Notes: generated by a model from the sequence alone, not told the origin. Shown: positions 49,080-63,490, numbered from the stretch's first letter. The stretch is DNA of 64,000 bases from Octopus sinensis (GCF_006345805.1 NC_042997.1:213218001-213282000), one strand, 5' to 3'. Made by a program: numbers and translations.

Positions 49080-51900
49080 TTTTTCACAAGCAACCAGCAC
49101 AAGGGCTAGTAAGGCGACGCAGGTAACGATCATGCTAGAATGGTGTTTTCAACATGCCATCGGCACGGATACCAGTCATCGAATTTGATTTCAATTTCAC
49201 TTGCCTCAACAGGTCTTCGCAAGCAGAGTTTAGTGTCCAATGAAGGAAAGGCACACATAAGTGGGCTGGTTACACCCCTGGCATAGGCCACAACGTTATG
49301 GTCTCAATTGCGCTTGCCGAGTCTTCTCGTGCAGAGCATATTTCCAAAGGTCTCGGTCTCTAGTCATTGCCTTGGTGAGGCCCGATGTTCGAAGGTCGTG
49401 CTTCACCACCTCATCCCAGGTCTTCCTGGGTCTACCTCTTCCACAGGTTCCCTCAACTGCTAGGATGTGGTACTTTTTCACACAGCTATCCACATTCATT
49501 CTCACTACATGACCATACCAGCACAGTCGTCTCTTGCACACCACATCTGATGCTTCTTACAGCTTTTCTCTCAAGGTACTTACACTCTGTCGAGTATGAA
49601 CACTGACATTACACATCTATCGAAGTATGCTGGCTTCATTCCTTGCGAGCTTATGCATGTCCTCAGCAGTTACAGCCCATGTTTCACTGCCATGTAGTAT
49701 GGCTGTTCATACACATGCAGCGTACAGTCTGCCTTTTACTCTGCGCGAGAGGCCCTTTGTCACCAGCAGACATAGGAGCTCTCTGAACTTAACGCAGGCT
49801 ATTCTTATTCTAGCAGCTACACTTTCAGTGCACCCTCCCTCACTACTGACTTGGTCACCTAGGTAACGGAAGCTATCAACTACTTCTAGTTTTTCTCCCT
49901 GGATTATGGCGGAAGTTGTTCTCTGCACATTTTCAGTGTTATTTATTGCTCCTGAGCATCTGCCACATACAAAACCTATCTTCCCAGTTAGCCTTCCTTT
50001 GATATTGCTGCACCTCTTATGTGTCCATAGCTTACATTGGGTACATCTTATAGAGTTTCTACCTACACCTTTTCTACAGATCGAGCAGGGCCATCTAGCT
50101 GAAGGGATTTGTGGTTTGCCTGCCTTCCTACTTATTAGGACTTTGGTTTTAGCTAGGTTGACTCTAAGGCCCTTCAATTCTAATCCTTGTTTCCATACTT
50201 GAAACTTCTCTAGTTCTGACAGTGACTCAGCAATTAGAGCAAGGTCATTAGCATAGAGGAGCTCTCAGGGGCATCCTGTCTTGAATTCCTCCCTTATTGC
50301 CTGGAGGACTATGATAAATAGGAAGGGGCTGAGGACTGAACCTTGGTGGACCCCTACCTCTACCCGGAATTTTTCACTGTACTCATTGCCAACCCTCACC
50401 TTACTGACAGCGTCCCTATACATGGCTTGCATGGCTCTCTCACTAACCATTTATCTATCCCTCGTTTCCTCTTTGACCACCAGCTAAGGGATCAGGGGAC
50501 CCTGTCAAAGGCTTTCTCCATGTTAATGAAAGCCAAGTACAGTGGCTTATCTTTGGCTAGGTATTTCTCCTGGAGCTGTCTTACCAGAAATATGGCATTG
50601 GTGATGCTTTTCCCTGGCACGAAACCAAACTGCATCTCATCCAACTGACTGTCTCCCTAATTAATTGGGCTATGACCCTCTCCATGACCTTCATTACCTG
50701 ATCCAACAGCTTGATACCTCTGTAATTATTTGTATCTAACGCGTCACCTTTACCTTTGTAGCAGTTGACTAGTATGCTGCTACACCAGTTATTGGGTATG
50801 ACTCCTTCGTGTATCACCTGGTTAACTATACGGGTGACAAGGCTAATGTTGACACTGCCAGATATTTTGAGCATCTCTGCAGTAATTCCTGATGAGCCTG
50901 GGGCTTTCCCTGTCTTCATGCTTCTAATTCCCTTAATTACCAATGAACTGTCAACTCGGATAGCTGGTCCCTCTGTTGGGTTGACATTTGTCAGACTCTC
51001 TTTCTCCCATTCATTGTCTTTATTCAGCAACCTTTCATAGTGGCATCTCCAAACCTCTCTCTTTGCATCCTCATTTAGCACAAGTGAACCATCATCCATG
51101 CAGACACATTTCTCTCCTATCACATCACGATTCTCTCTCACACACTGTCTTGCAACACGAAATACCTCAAGTCTTTGGTCCTCACGGCACAGAACATTGG
51201 CAAATTTTTTCTTATCTGCTTCTCCTCTGGCTAAATAAACCTGTCTCCTAGCTTCCCTTCTGGCAGTCTGATACAATTCCCTGCTACCACCGTTCTTTCA
51301 GTCCTTCCAAGCCTGTTTCTTTTCTCTAATAGCCCTATTTACAACATTGTTCAACCACCATGTTATTTTGGGTCGAGAGAGGACTTTGTACCAGCCACAG
51401 ATCTGGTCAGTGGCTCTCAGCAGGTTGTCCTTTAGAAACCTCCAGTTGTATTCTACACCATGTGAAGCTATATCCCCTTCTATTTCATCAAAGGCTTCGA
51501 GTAATATGTCTCTAAATCTCTATCCATTCGCAGGATCTTTAAGCTTCCAGACCCTTCTTCTCCATGTTGATTGTCTTCTCAGCATCCACTTGGCCCTGAT
51601 CCTGAAGTCACTAACTACCAGTCTATGTTGTGGGGTACATTCTTCGCCTGGAAAGGTTTTGGCATTTATAAGCAGCCATGTTTCCCTTTTTCTGGCAAAG
51701 ATGTAGTCAATTTGGCTGGTATGTCGACCCGTAGCCTACATGGAAGCCCCCTGTATGTTGTCCAACACATCCATTGAAGTCACCAGCCACAAAGAGAAGG
51801 TCCCTGTCATTTGTCAATGAGGTAGTCTGCAAGAGGGTGTCATAGAATCGGTCTTTCTGTCCATAGGCTGATATAATGGTTGCTAACCCATGGTGAAGCA
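49080..51900 (-). mobile_element. Longest RTE LINE copy: partial APE endonuclease, RT and partial 3' UTR; frameshifted
   Basis: LFVAGDFNG (APE), NYRGIKLLDQVMKVMER, GVHQGSVLSPFLF, FRYLGDQV, GRGRPRKTWDEVV in ORF fragments 51901-49296. Confidence 0.93.
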
Positions 51901-51944
51901 CTAATCTAATCTTAAGTATTCTGTCGTATACTCTGACTGGGTAG

Positions 51945-54392
51945 GACAGTGCTGTGCTTGGAAAACATCAAATATATGGATGGGTTAGTGATACTGTCAG
52001 GGGAGGTTATGAAGCAGATAGAAGAAACAGGCTATATGTACTTGGGGATTTGGGAAATGGATAAATTGATGGAGAAAGAAATGACAGAAAATACAGTACA
52101 CAATTACAGGCTGATATCCTGCTTGCCACTTATGTGGAAATTATTGACTGGAATAGTTGCAGAGTCCATATATGGACATCTGGGGAAAAATAGACTCCTG
52201 CCACATGAGCAGAAGGGTTGCAAGCATAAGTGCAGAGGTACCAAGGATCAACTCCTGGTAGACAAAACTGTACTTAGAGACTGCAAGAGGAGGAAAACTA
52301 ACTTAGCCATGACATGGATTGATTATCGTAAGGTGTATGATATGATCCCACATTCTTGGATTATGGAATGAATGAACCTATTTGTTATTGCCTCGAATGT
52401 CGAATGAGTGCTTGGAAAAAATATGGCAAAGTGGAGGAATAGAACTGACAGCATATGGAAGAAGATTAGGGACAATAGAAATAAGGAAAGGCATCTTCTA
52501 AGGGGACTGCCTGTCCCCACTGATCTTTGTACTGTGATTGATACCACTAACACTGATTCTGAGGAAAGCAAAGGCTGGGTATGTGTTCAAGAGCTGCCAG
52601 CAAAAAGTCAACCATTTGTTATTCATGGATGACCTCAAACTTTTTGGTAAAGATGGATCTCAAGTCAGTTCCCTCTTTTATATGGTGAATACTTTCAGTG
52701 CTGATATCAGAATGGAATTCAGACTGAGAAAATGTAATATATTATTCTTGAAGATAGGCAAAATCAAATGTATGGATGGGCTAGTGATACCATCGGGGGA
52801 GGTTATGAAGCAAATAGAAGAGACGGGTTATAAGCATTTAGTGATATTGAAAATGGATAAATTGATGAAGAAAAAAATGACAGAAAAGATTAAGGTGAAT
52901 TACTTGTGCAGACTGAGACTGATCCTTAAGTCGAAATTAAATGGACAGAATAAGATTGAAGCTATCAACATCTGGGTAGTTTCACTCCTTAGATACAGAG
53001 CAGACAGTAAATGAACTAAACAGCTTAGAGAGAAAGACAAAGAAGTTGCTGATTAGATATATATTTCTTTACTACCCACAAGGGGCTAAACATAGAGGGG
53101 ATAAACAAGGACAGAAAAACGGATTAAGTCGATTACATCGACCCTAGTGCGTAACTGGTACTTAATTTATCGACCCCGAAAGGATGAAAGGCAAAGTCGA
53201 CCTCGGCAGAATTTGAACTCAGAACGTAACGGCAGACGAAATACGGCTACACATTTCGCCCGACATGCTAACGTTTCTGCCAGCTCGCCGCCTTTGATAT
53301 AGGATACTCTACCCATAAAATGACACAGACAGACTGTATGTACCAAGAAAAAGAGGGGGAAAAGGAATGACTGGATGTGAACACAGCATTAGAGCAGAAG
53401 AAAACAACATAGCATGGTATGTGAAAAATGCCACAGAACCACTATTATTAGAAGTAAGAAGGTCAGGCTTGTGTAGGATGAAAGATGGCAAAGATAAAGC
53501 ACTGTACAAGAAATTGAAAACGAATGAAACTGAAAATAGGTGGGTAAAGAAAAGAATGCATGGACAAATTCATAGGGATGTTGAAGATACGACAGACAGA
53601 GGAAAAAGATGGCTGTGGATGACTAAAAGTGATTTAAAACCAGAAACTGAGGCTCTAAACTGTGCTGCCCAAGAGCAAGCACTAAGAACAAACTGCATAA
53701 ATTATAGCACGTCAGCACATCAGAAAGTGATAAGTGCAGAATTTGTGGACAAAACAGTGAAACCGTATGACATATTACCAGCCAATGTAAGCCACTAGCT
53801 CAGAAAGAATTTAAGAGCTGTCATGGCAATATAGCAAGGATTGTCCATTGGAGTCTTTGCAGCAAGTATGGACTTGACAGAGCAAACAAGTGGTACGAAC
53901 ATAAACCCAAAGACATTATCGGCAATGATAATGCAAAGATCCTGTAGGATTTTATGATTCAGTGTGACCATGAGATATGGAATAGGAAAGCAGACATTGT
54001 GTTAATTGAGAAGGAAAGCAAACGATGATGGATCATAGATACAGCATGCCCTGCTAACAACAAGGTATGTGATAAGGAAGAAAGAAAAGTAGATAGACAG
54101 GTTAGCTTGGGAGGTTAAGCAGGTGTGGTTGCTTAAAAAGGTGGTAGTAGTACCAATAATTGTTGGAGCCTTAGAAACTGAGTAAAAATCTTGAGAAGTA
54201 CATGGAACAAATAGGGGCTGCAATAAGGGTGGAGCATTTGCAGAAAGAAGCACTGCTTGGAACTGCTCAAATACTCTGGAAGGTGCTCGAAAAACAAGGG
54301 GTGTTACCTTAGTTCACTGGTTGTGACCAACTGGCACAGTAGTACATCTCCAGTGTTAGAAGCTGGGCAAAGACAATAAATAATAATAATAA
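51945..54392 (+). mobile_element. Degenerate R4/Dong-clade non-LTR retrotransposon ending in (TAA)n
   Basis: [67 protein letters not shown], then an RLE-like region (WYEHKP...DFMIQCDH...ADIVL...PIIVGAL); interrupted by a SINE at 53062-53295. Confidence 0.85.
53062..53295 (-). mobile_element. tRNA-derived SINE, family A, nested in the R4 element
   Basis: Near-identical to 37876-38108; short gatata flanking repeat. Confidence 0.88.
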
Positions 54393-54699
54393 AGAATGGA
54401 GACCAAAACAAAAGCAATGGAAACGATCAGAGATAGAAGAGCAATGATGACAACAAAGTCACTGTGACTACAACATATAGTCAAAGAGAACAAGAGCTTA
54501 CAACAGTGCTACCACCACCACCAACAACAATACAAGCAAATGATAATAATACTAATGTTGACATACCCTGGGTATGGCATGAAACTGCATCCAGTTGCAG
54601 TGTCAGAATGCGGGAAGAACAAGGTTACACTAAAGCACAACTACCTTTAGGTCACCATTGAGCAAAGTGTAGTACCTGTAAGCCCACCCCAAAACCTAG

Positions 54700-55570
54700 A
54701 AATACCAGGTTGGCATGTGGCAGGGTTAAGCCTTTCTTGTGGGAGGAGGGGTTCCTTCAGCCTTGGTCGGCAGCCACTCTAGAGCAGATGACTCAATAAA
54801 AACACCAATGGTTGTGCCACCTCAACACCAAAATTCTCAGAAGTGAAAATGTCAAATACAAAGATATAAAACAAAGGATTGAACAAGACTGGCACTAAAA
54901 GCAAATGAGGGTAGGTGTGGACTCTCAGAGCCTTGGCTAGCAACCCACCTGGTGATGGTGTCACGATAAAAATACTGGTGATTGCACAACCTTAAAATTA
55001 AATAATAACCACAGCCGCGCGAACAGAACTGGAACTGTTAAGAGTACCAGAGAATAAATAATTAAATCAACTAATAAAGATGATCAAGAGGGACAAGTGA
55101 CAGTAAGTAGTGCACAAGACTTGAATGGTGAAGAGAAGGAGATTTTAGAAATGTTGCGAGGTAAAATATGTCTGATGGAAACAATGAAGTATCGTGGAAT
55201 GAAAGATATGTGGACAGAAAACAAGTGAGGAAAGCCACAGGCAAAGTAAAAGACGTTTTAAGCTTGATTAGAACCACAAAAAAGACATCAGTGAAACAAA
55301 GCAGGTAATCATAGGTGCTGCTAACATAGTAGGGTACAAGCGAAAAACTGAAGATATAAAAGCAAATGAAAAGAGAAAGAACCAAACTGGAAGAAGAGAA
55401 TAAGAATGAAGCTGGAGAAGACATGTAGGATAATGAGAGGAGAGCTCAAGATGTAAGGTAGTAATCAGGAAATTGAATGAACAGTAGAGGTTAGAAGAAA
55501 GGAAAAACAAACAGTACATGAAGAATTAATGCAAAAGGTGACAGCATTAAAGGTCAAATTGATGAAAGGA
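54700..55570 (+). mobile_element. Probable 5'/N-terminal fragment of a second R4/Dong-like element
   Basis: Frameshifted translation KVRKATGKVKDVLSLI...DISETKQVIIGAANIVG...EPNWKKRI resembles the recalled R4-clade N-terminal region (EPWWKRR). Confidence 0.55.
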
Positions 55571-56076
55571 AAAAGAACATTTAGTTGGTACGTTTATATA
55601 TTTGTTGTGCAAGATTTTTTATGTGAAGTCGTGTGTTGAAACAGATATTGTTATATTTCGGAATAGTCATATTGCCAGTTTAGCCAATAAAAACACACGC
55701 ACTATATATTTGGTGTTATTTTGCTTCATTGTTATTTATTTTTTACATTAATCTTAATCTTATTTCGCCCAGAGTTTTTTCATCACACTCCTGTGACCGC
55801 ATCAGTGGTCCTTTGTTTTCTTCTTTCTTATTTGTGTCTCTCTTTACTAACCGTCAGCCATTTTGTATTTCTATTGTATGTCTTCATTTGCGTCTATGTA
55901 TATTTAGTGTGTGTGTGTGGGGGGGATGCCTGTAATATTTGTATCTTCTGTAATTTGTTTTTGTTGTTGTTGTTTTTATTTATTCTTATTTTGTTCATGT
56001 GTTTACATCCGCATATTATTATTATCATTATGTATGCTTGTATGCATATATGTATGTATGTATAATAACAATACTA

Positions 56077-56118
<42 letters not shown>

Positions 56119-56269
56119 AACAAAATCTTTTAAATTAAACAAAAAAAAAACTTATATAGTTATTTATTTCTATTTGTTTATTTATCTGTGTATTTTATTT
56201 ATTATGTTTTCGGTTTTGTTTATATTTAGTTGAACTGTTTTGTGAAGATGCAATGAAATTCACCAGTCA

Positions 56270-56900
56270 TTCTATTCATTCCTCCAGAGCATGTTGTCAG
56301 CAATTCACAAATATATTTGTCCTCGTGTAATTTAAGGGCTGAGAGTGTAGTAGATTCAGAATATTTTCTGAGAAAGTACACTTTCAGGTGTTCCTCAAAA
56401 TTGCAGGTGTTTCATGTAAAATGTTCAGCAAGTCCTGTCAAACTATTGCTATTGTGCCTCATGTCATACCTGGCACCCACTGAATCTTTTGCCTAATTGT
56501 TCTGTTGTACATAAATCGTGTTTCATCCATTCTGCTGCATACACCAAATGGGAATCTCTACACCTCCCACCTTCTGTACGAATCATAACATTTCTGTTAT
56601 GAGTTGAGATAGAATTCACTTGACTCATGTTGTTGCACAATGAACAAGGTTTACCTCTCTTCAGCTGTTTTCCAAGGTGCAGCATTCAGAAACTCCATTG
56701 GTAGTTTTCTTGGAGTTAGAGGTAGGGGTTAATACTTCTCTTATATCTTTCTGGTGTCTAAAAGCTACAATAGGCAACTGAGGGAATATTTGTTTCAAAT
56801 GAGGAAGTTTACTTTCAATATGCTGGTAACTTTCATGTAACACTATTGAAATGCCAGTGAAATGTCGGGGCTAGTTAATCACTGAAGGAATTCTATCACA
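56270..56900 (-). mobile_element. Penelope-like element relic (GIY-YIG endonuclease region)
   Basis: LKQIFPQLPIVAFRHQKDIREVL (IF..P..AFRR..NL.D.L) followed by KPCSLCNNM...CRDSHLVYAAEW...TTEQLGKRF. Confidence 0.7.
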
Positions 56901-57589
56901 AATTTTTCTTTGATTGCTAAGATTATGTGTGAAAGTGTGACAAACTTCGCTAATTTTAGCTGTCATTTGCAATTTCCTTTAATTGTAATTCACTGGAACC
57001 ACATTTGACTTAATGGCATTTTGGTTTTTGGATGGTGGTGAAGCACACTCTTCGAATGTTGGGCCTCACAGAGACAATGACAAGCAACTGGGACCTATGG
57101 AGATATGCTGTGCTTGAGAAGCCAAGTGAGACCATAGTCATGGCTGATGCTAGTGTTGTGTAACTGGCCCCTTAAAAGCACCCTTCAATCGTTGGGCAAT
57201 ATGCCATGCTTGTGAAGACCTATCGAACCGAGTGAACTTGTAGTTGTGGCTGATGCCAGTGCTGTCTAACAGACACCCATGCCGGTGGCACATAAAACGC
57301 GCTGTTTGAATGTTGGGCCTCATGGCGGCAGTGACAGACGACTAAGACACTTGGTGATATACCATACTCGTGTAGACCTCCCAAACCAAGTGAGACCATA
57401 GTTGTGGCTGATGTCAGTGTCAGGTCAATGGCACCCATGTCGGTGGCATGTAAAAACACCCACTTTACTCTTGGAGTGGTTGACATTAAGAAGGGCATCC
57501 AACCATAGAAACCTTGCCAAATCAGATTGGATCCTGGTGCAGTCCCCTGGCTTATCATTTTTCAGTCAAACTGTCCAACCTATGCCAGC

Positions 57590-59100
57590 ATGAAAAGTGA
57601 ATATTCGATGATGATGATGATGAATTCTGTTGTGGTAGGCAAGTCTTTCTGAGTACAGTGATATGCCACATATTTCATAAGTTTCAGCATTTTGAGATTC
57701 GCCTTCAGTATTTCATGTCTTCCTGTTTCTCCCTCTTCCACAACATCCTTCTACTTTCAGTGATCAGCCCTTCTTCATGCAACTGTCCTCATCCATCCAC
57801 ATCACAGCCAAACCAATGCCATCTCCTCTCTTGCATATAATTCCTCTCATGCCTAACTTTTTTCTTAATACACTAGTGCTCCATTGCACCTGTACACTGA
57901 CAATGCACATCTAGCAGAGCATGCCAGTTCCATTCCTCTCTAATCTTTGTATGTCCTCTACATCTAGGGTCCATGTCTCACTACCATGTAGCATTGTAGT
58001 TCATACACATGCATCATACAACCATCCTTTCACTTGGTGGGAGATCTTTGGTTACCAACAGAAGTAAAAACTCTCTCAACTTTCTCCATCCTATTTTTCT
58101 TCCAGTAATGACACTTTCTGTACAACCTCCTTCACTGCTAATTAGCTCACCCAGGTAGCAGAGGCTCTGCGATATTTGAAGAAATCAGTTTCTCATGCAT
58201 CTGTCTGTGGTCTTTGTGACACCTGTACATCTTGCACACACAAACACTATTTTCTGTTAACCTTCTTACTATCCCACTGCACCTCTTATATCCATGGTAC
58301 ACGAAATGGAATTTCTGCCAACACACTTTCTATATATAAACCAGGTGAACACCTACCTGTACTCTAAATTCGTGTGTGTGTGTGTGTCCATAGCATAGCA
58401 TATCACCAGTCAGTATTGTTCTTTGCCATCCCTCTTCCACTGACCAGCAGCCATCCTCCATATGTATCTGTCTGTGCTGTGTAACTACCTCTCTTGCACA
58501 CTCCACCTGATTCCTCTTGTATACACTTTTTCTCTTAACTCATTTGCACTCTGGTATTCACGCATGCTAACAATACACATCCATCAGAGCATGCAAACTT
58601 CATTTCTTGCTAGTCTTTACACTTCCTTGAACTTTTTCCAACCCCTTCTTACCTCAGCTACTATACTTTCAGAGCAACTATCTACCCTGCTTTCTTATAT
58701 TTCCAAGGAAAGAGAAGCTATGAACTATTCTAATGGGCCATCTGCACATTTAAGAGCAACTATTTCCAGTGTGCTCATAGTTCCTACTGCTCCAATGCAT
58801 CTGCTACATACAAAGCTTATCTTCCCTGTCTATCATTCCACTACACCTGTGTGACCACAGCTTACATTGGATACACCATATAGAGTTTATCCCCACCCCT
58901 TTTTCTGCATATCAAACAAAGCTTTGACACCAGAGTGAAGTTTCTTTCCTACTTACTTACACCTTAGTCTTTGCTAAGTTTACCTTGAAGCCCCTCAACT
59001 CTAGGTTTAGCTCCTATGTCTGGAGTCCTTCTAATTCCATTAGAGATTCGGTTATAAGTACTAGATCATTAGCTTATAGGAGCTCCTATGGACACCTACA
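57590..59100 (-). mobile_element. Old degenerate RTE LINE fragment
   Basis: (gat)n tail copy at 57330-57622 and RT-homologous sequence (acacatgcatcatacaacc, tcacccaggtagcaga) matching other RTE copies. Confidence 0.75.
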
Positions 59101-59420
59101 TGCTGATGATCTCATACTTGTTGCTGTTGTGTGTCCAAGACAAGTCTAAACTGAATTGCCAAAATGCATACCCTGACTCTGCTAACAATGTCTACCCCAT
59201 TTAAGATAATAAATTTACCAACAATATGTTGATTCATGATGAAATTCCTTTGTAATGAATTTACCAGATATTGTAGACATGGTAAGTGGTCAGTCGCTTT
59301 GATATCTGCTGTGATAATTTGGTGTACGATCTTGGGCTTTTGGAGTGACTGTGTGCTAATCAGAGATGTAAGAATATAATGGTACTGACTGCTGTACACA
59401 ATTCAGAATGGCAAAGCAAA
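59100..59420 (-). mobile_element. Possible Ty3/gypsy RT relic
   Basis: One frame gives YTKLSQQISKR...ESGYAFWQFSLD, reminiscent of DYTKLN...SGFWQI.LD; many stops. Confidence 0.35.
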
Positions 59421-62400
59421 ATATGCCATTGTGCAGTTGAACATCCTGCAAAGTTCTTCCACTAACCTAATGGTTGGCAATTCTTTTGTCGTTTGCCAGT
59501 CAATTTCCCCTGAACTATAAAAGAATTCTTCAAATCAACACTTTTCAATCATGATGGCTCCATAAACAGGAGAAAACTTCTGCCTTTCTATTCATTTGCG
59601 GCCAACTTCATATTGTACACATTCAGCAAAACTCAAAATCTTCCTTCATTATCACATCACCAGACTCACCACCACACTTAACACATATCAGGTGAGAAAT
59701 GCAACCCCAAATGCTGGATACGATAATTAACAGCACACCCTATCCATTTCCCTACCCGTCAGAGGCCAATACTATAGCTTCCAGAGAAACAGATCTATTG
59801 CCGCAAGTCTGGAATGAGAATCACCTTGCCAAGCACTCTGCCTATGGAATCCCCGTCTGCATTTAGAAGATTCCTATAAGATCACTCCAATATGTGTGCT
59901 AATAGGGTTCCTTGATTATTGACCTTCCTTTTGTCACCCTTGCCGTCACTCACACCTATAACAAGGCCACTACTATTTACTCCTTCATAACTGCTAGAAA
60001 TGGATATGCAAGAAATTATTAGAAATGTTGAAACTGAATTCCAGAGGGGATTGGAAAACGTTCCCGAATGCGATTAAGGCGAGTTTTGTTTCTGATGAGA
60101 TCAGTTAGACACTTGTTGATATAGCAGTCATACAATACAGTGCCAGATCCTTAGTAACGACGAAACATTTGGACCCAAGAGAAGCAACAACCTGATGCAA
60201 ACTTTGGTTTTTCATCCCCAATACAACTCTAAGCGAATTCTAATCTTTTAATTTGATTGTTTTACATTGCATACTGGCACTATAGTACCACATAGCTCAG
60301 ACCTCCCAACGTTCGGACGATCGTTTCTATATGCACCTACTATGTGCTCTAATAACGTTCCTGGTATCTCGAATTCCCTGTCCTGACCTTATCCGAAGCG
60401 ATCCCATTCCCGTCCTTAGCTCCCCATCTCACCACCTCGCACCTTCTTCAGTCTCTCATTCACTGCGGTCTCCTCTTCATCTGCTTCCTCTCCTCTTCGT
60501 TAATAACTCCGACCGAATATTTTGGTGAACACATCAAACATTTTCACTCCTTACAGCGACCGAACCTACTGACACTCATCCACTGTCTTTGGATGTTTAT
60601 ATATTTACAGATATTAGTTGCTGCTCACGGTACATCTTGGATTAGAGACGGGCAAATACTAAAAACAAAGACCATCATTAGAAAATACTGGAGGTAAAGA
60701 GTTTTGCATGGATTGTTGATTTTCATAAATTACAAGGCATAAAAGTTGAATCCTATTTTAATGCATTAAAATAATAATAAAATTTGAATGGGAAAGAAAT
60801 GAAAGTAAAAAAACTGGAAATACAAAAATTGCAACTTTAAACCGTAAAGAGAAAATGAACAAAGAATATAATGGTATATTTAACAGAAAATATAAAATTC
60901 ATTTGTAAAACAGAAATAAGATTCGAGAATTGGCAGATTTTTTGCATCTTGTTCCTCCTCTCTTTTATTTTTATTTATTTTGCAGAGTAATTTCGAAGGT
61001 TTGGGGAATATGTAAAAACATGATCGAAATAAATGGAAAACGAAATATTGGTTGCTGAGGTGGCACTGTACTGGTTGCAAAACAAGGAGTCCATTCTAAT
61101 TAGATACCTTATAAGTATTAAATTAATAAATACTTATAAGTTAAAAGATTTTTTTTCTGTCTCCTTGTAATGCGTTTTTAAAAAGAAAATATTTGTTATT
61201 CTTTTTTCGTTTCGGCATTTCAAGTAAACCACAGTGTTTACAAAACAAAATTCCATCCTCTTTTATTTTTTTAACGTCGCAATTCTCAGCCTCCACTCTT
61301 TTACTTATTATTATTTGGGTTCTAAACCTAGAGAACATGTCTCGCTGCTATCCACAAGCCCTTGATCTGTGTGTTCCACCCACACGTAACAAGAAAACTT
61401 CTCATGCACCTTACCCCGACATCTCTTCTCTTCCTCACATTTCTATGTACTATGCCTATCTCTCACTCCCCAATCCTGCCCTAATGGCTCTGTTTCTCTG
61501 TAAGAGTAGTCAAGACCAAGTCACAAATCTAATGTCCTCTGATCTGTCTTGGAGGACAGTAACTCTGAGTATGGACTTAGATTGTGATCTGTTCAATCTA
61601 TGCTAGCGTGAAAAATGCTTGTCAAATGATGATGATGATATACCTGATATGATAGTACTACCATCACAATCATCATCAACATTACATGTTCTTCCATGGG
61701 TTACATGGATCTTCACCAACACTATCTTTCCAGTTGTCCCTATTCACCAACCACCTTTTGTAAGGCCCAAAATTCTGAAATTGTCTTTCACAACTTTTGT
61801 TCATCCACCCACTATTACTGGGAGGGACACGGGGGTAGAGTCCTGGTATCTCCATAGAGTCCTATTGGAAGCATCTGTCATTAGACTTTCTGGCTGGATT
61901 TCCAAGCATAATCAACTGAAACTATGGACATTATCAAACCATCTCGTTCTTCGTCTACCTATAAGTCTAGTACTGATTGGCTCAGCTTGAAGAATCTTGT
62001 GATTCTTGCCACATCCTGATCATATGTCTGAGCTGTGAAATCTCAAAGTGGAGAAGTAGTGGTTTAACCTGGAGAGGCTCCCTGGTTTCCAAGCTATGCA
62101 CCCAGATTCTTCTGCTCCCTAATCTTTCACTTCCTCAATTTCCTTTCACTTTTATCCCTTGGCTTTATTTTTTTACCCAATGAGCGCATCTCCCTGCAAC
62201 CTAAATTCTTCATTGAACTGACAGCATCTCCGTATCTTGCTTGCATGGTTCTCACAGTTATTCATCTGCACCCAGTTTTACGATAGACTACACAGCAGGA
62301 AACCTTACCCAAGGTCCCTTCAATGTCAGCCACGATTATCTTCATTTCTTTTTCTTTCTCTTCTTTCTTTCCATCTCTTTCTCTCTATATCATTCTTCTT

Positions 62401-63114
62401 CTGCTTTAGCTTGCTTCACAGATTCATTTTTCTTTTCATTCAACTCAAGTGGATGTATTTTCCTATGTGTGTGTGTATACATAAATATGTATATGTATAT
62501 ATATGCATGTGTCAGTGTCAGTTCTTGTGCCAATGCTTGTTCTGTACCTCCCTCCCCTCCACACCTTGGAATCGATATTCTGTCTCTCCCGTCACACACA
62601 CGCTTTTCTGATGTTGTTCCTCTATAACCGTCACCTGCACTCCCCACTTTCCACCAATATCAAACAAACCCAATTTCAACACTTCACTAACACCAACCTC
62701 TGCTCGCTCACCATTTATACATTACCATCACTGCTAGCATCCATAAAAAAATCCTTTTTTAAAGGATTGCACACAATCTTTGAGGATACACTGGCATGAC
62801 AACTTCGTCTAAGGTTTTCCTTTCATGACATGGAAACATTATCAACCTGGACATCATTCACAGATCTCAATAAAACAAATGAACATTTGTTTGTTTTTAT
62901 TAGATTGTTGTGGAATTTTGAAAAGTTTTTTCCGAGTCATCACTTCTGTTTGTTTGCTCTATCCTAAAAAAAATACATTGAGAACACTCCGGGTTTATAA
63001 AAACATTTAAAATAATCATTAAAAAAATCTGTTTGAATACAAGGGCTACTACAATACCTGCAAATAAAGCAACAATATTTGAGCCCTTATTTCCTGTATA
63101 TTATTTCCTTTACA

Positions 63115-63490
63115 AACAATAACTCTGGGCACCTTTTCAAACTCCACCTGTCTAACACCCGTGGACATGTTTACAAAGTCAGAAAACAGCACAGCTCCTT
63201 CCATGACTTTCAGAAACATTTTTTCATGCTAAGAGTTGCTGAAGCATGGAACAAACTGCCGGCATCAGTTGTTAGTTGTCGGAGCACTGCATCCTTCAAA
63301 ACTTCCATGCTTCCTGAGATTCGCCAACACTACACCTGATTTTCTCCCCTCCATACACATGCAAGCATGTATCTAACTCATACACTGTTCGCTTTCCAGA
63401 CATTTGTACATTACTGCATATACTCTATACGCACTTTTGACAAGTTGTGGTGCACCTGAGCACTGTATACAATAATTTCATTATTATTAT
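63115..63490 (+). mobile_element. Second CR1/L2 3' end copy with (ATT)n tail
   Basis: Near-identical to 41110-41488 (HLFKLH.SNTRGH.YKVRKQ...DF.KHFF). Confidence 0.9.

Noticed and set aside
54710-54810. Possible HDV-like ribozyme at an R4-type 5' end
   Set aside because: I could not build a convincing nested double pseudoknot by hand; it needs a covariance-model or motif search.
55071-56117. Hydrophobic F/L/C-rich ORFs resembling membrane proteins (also 62237-62647)
   Set aside because: Produced by low-complexity T-rich or purine-rich sequence and microsatellites.
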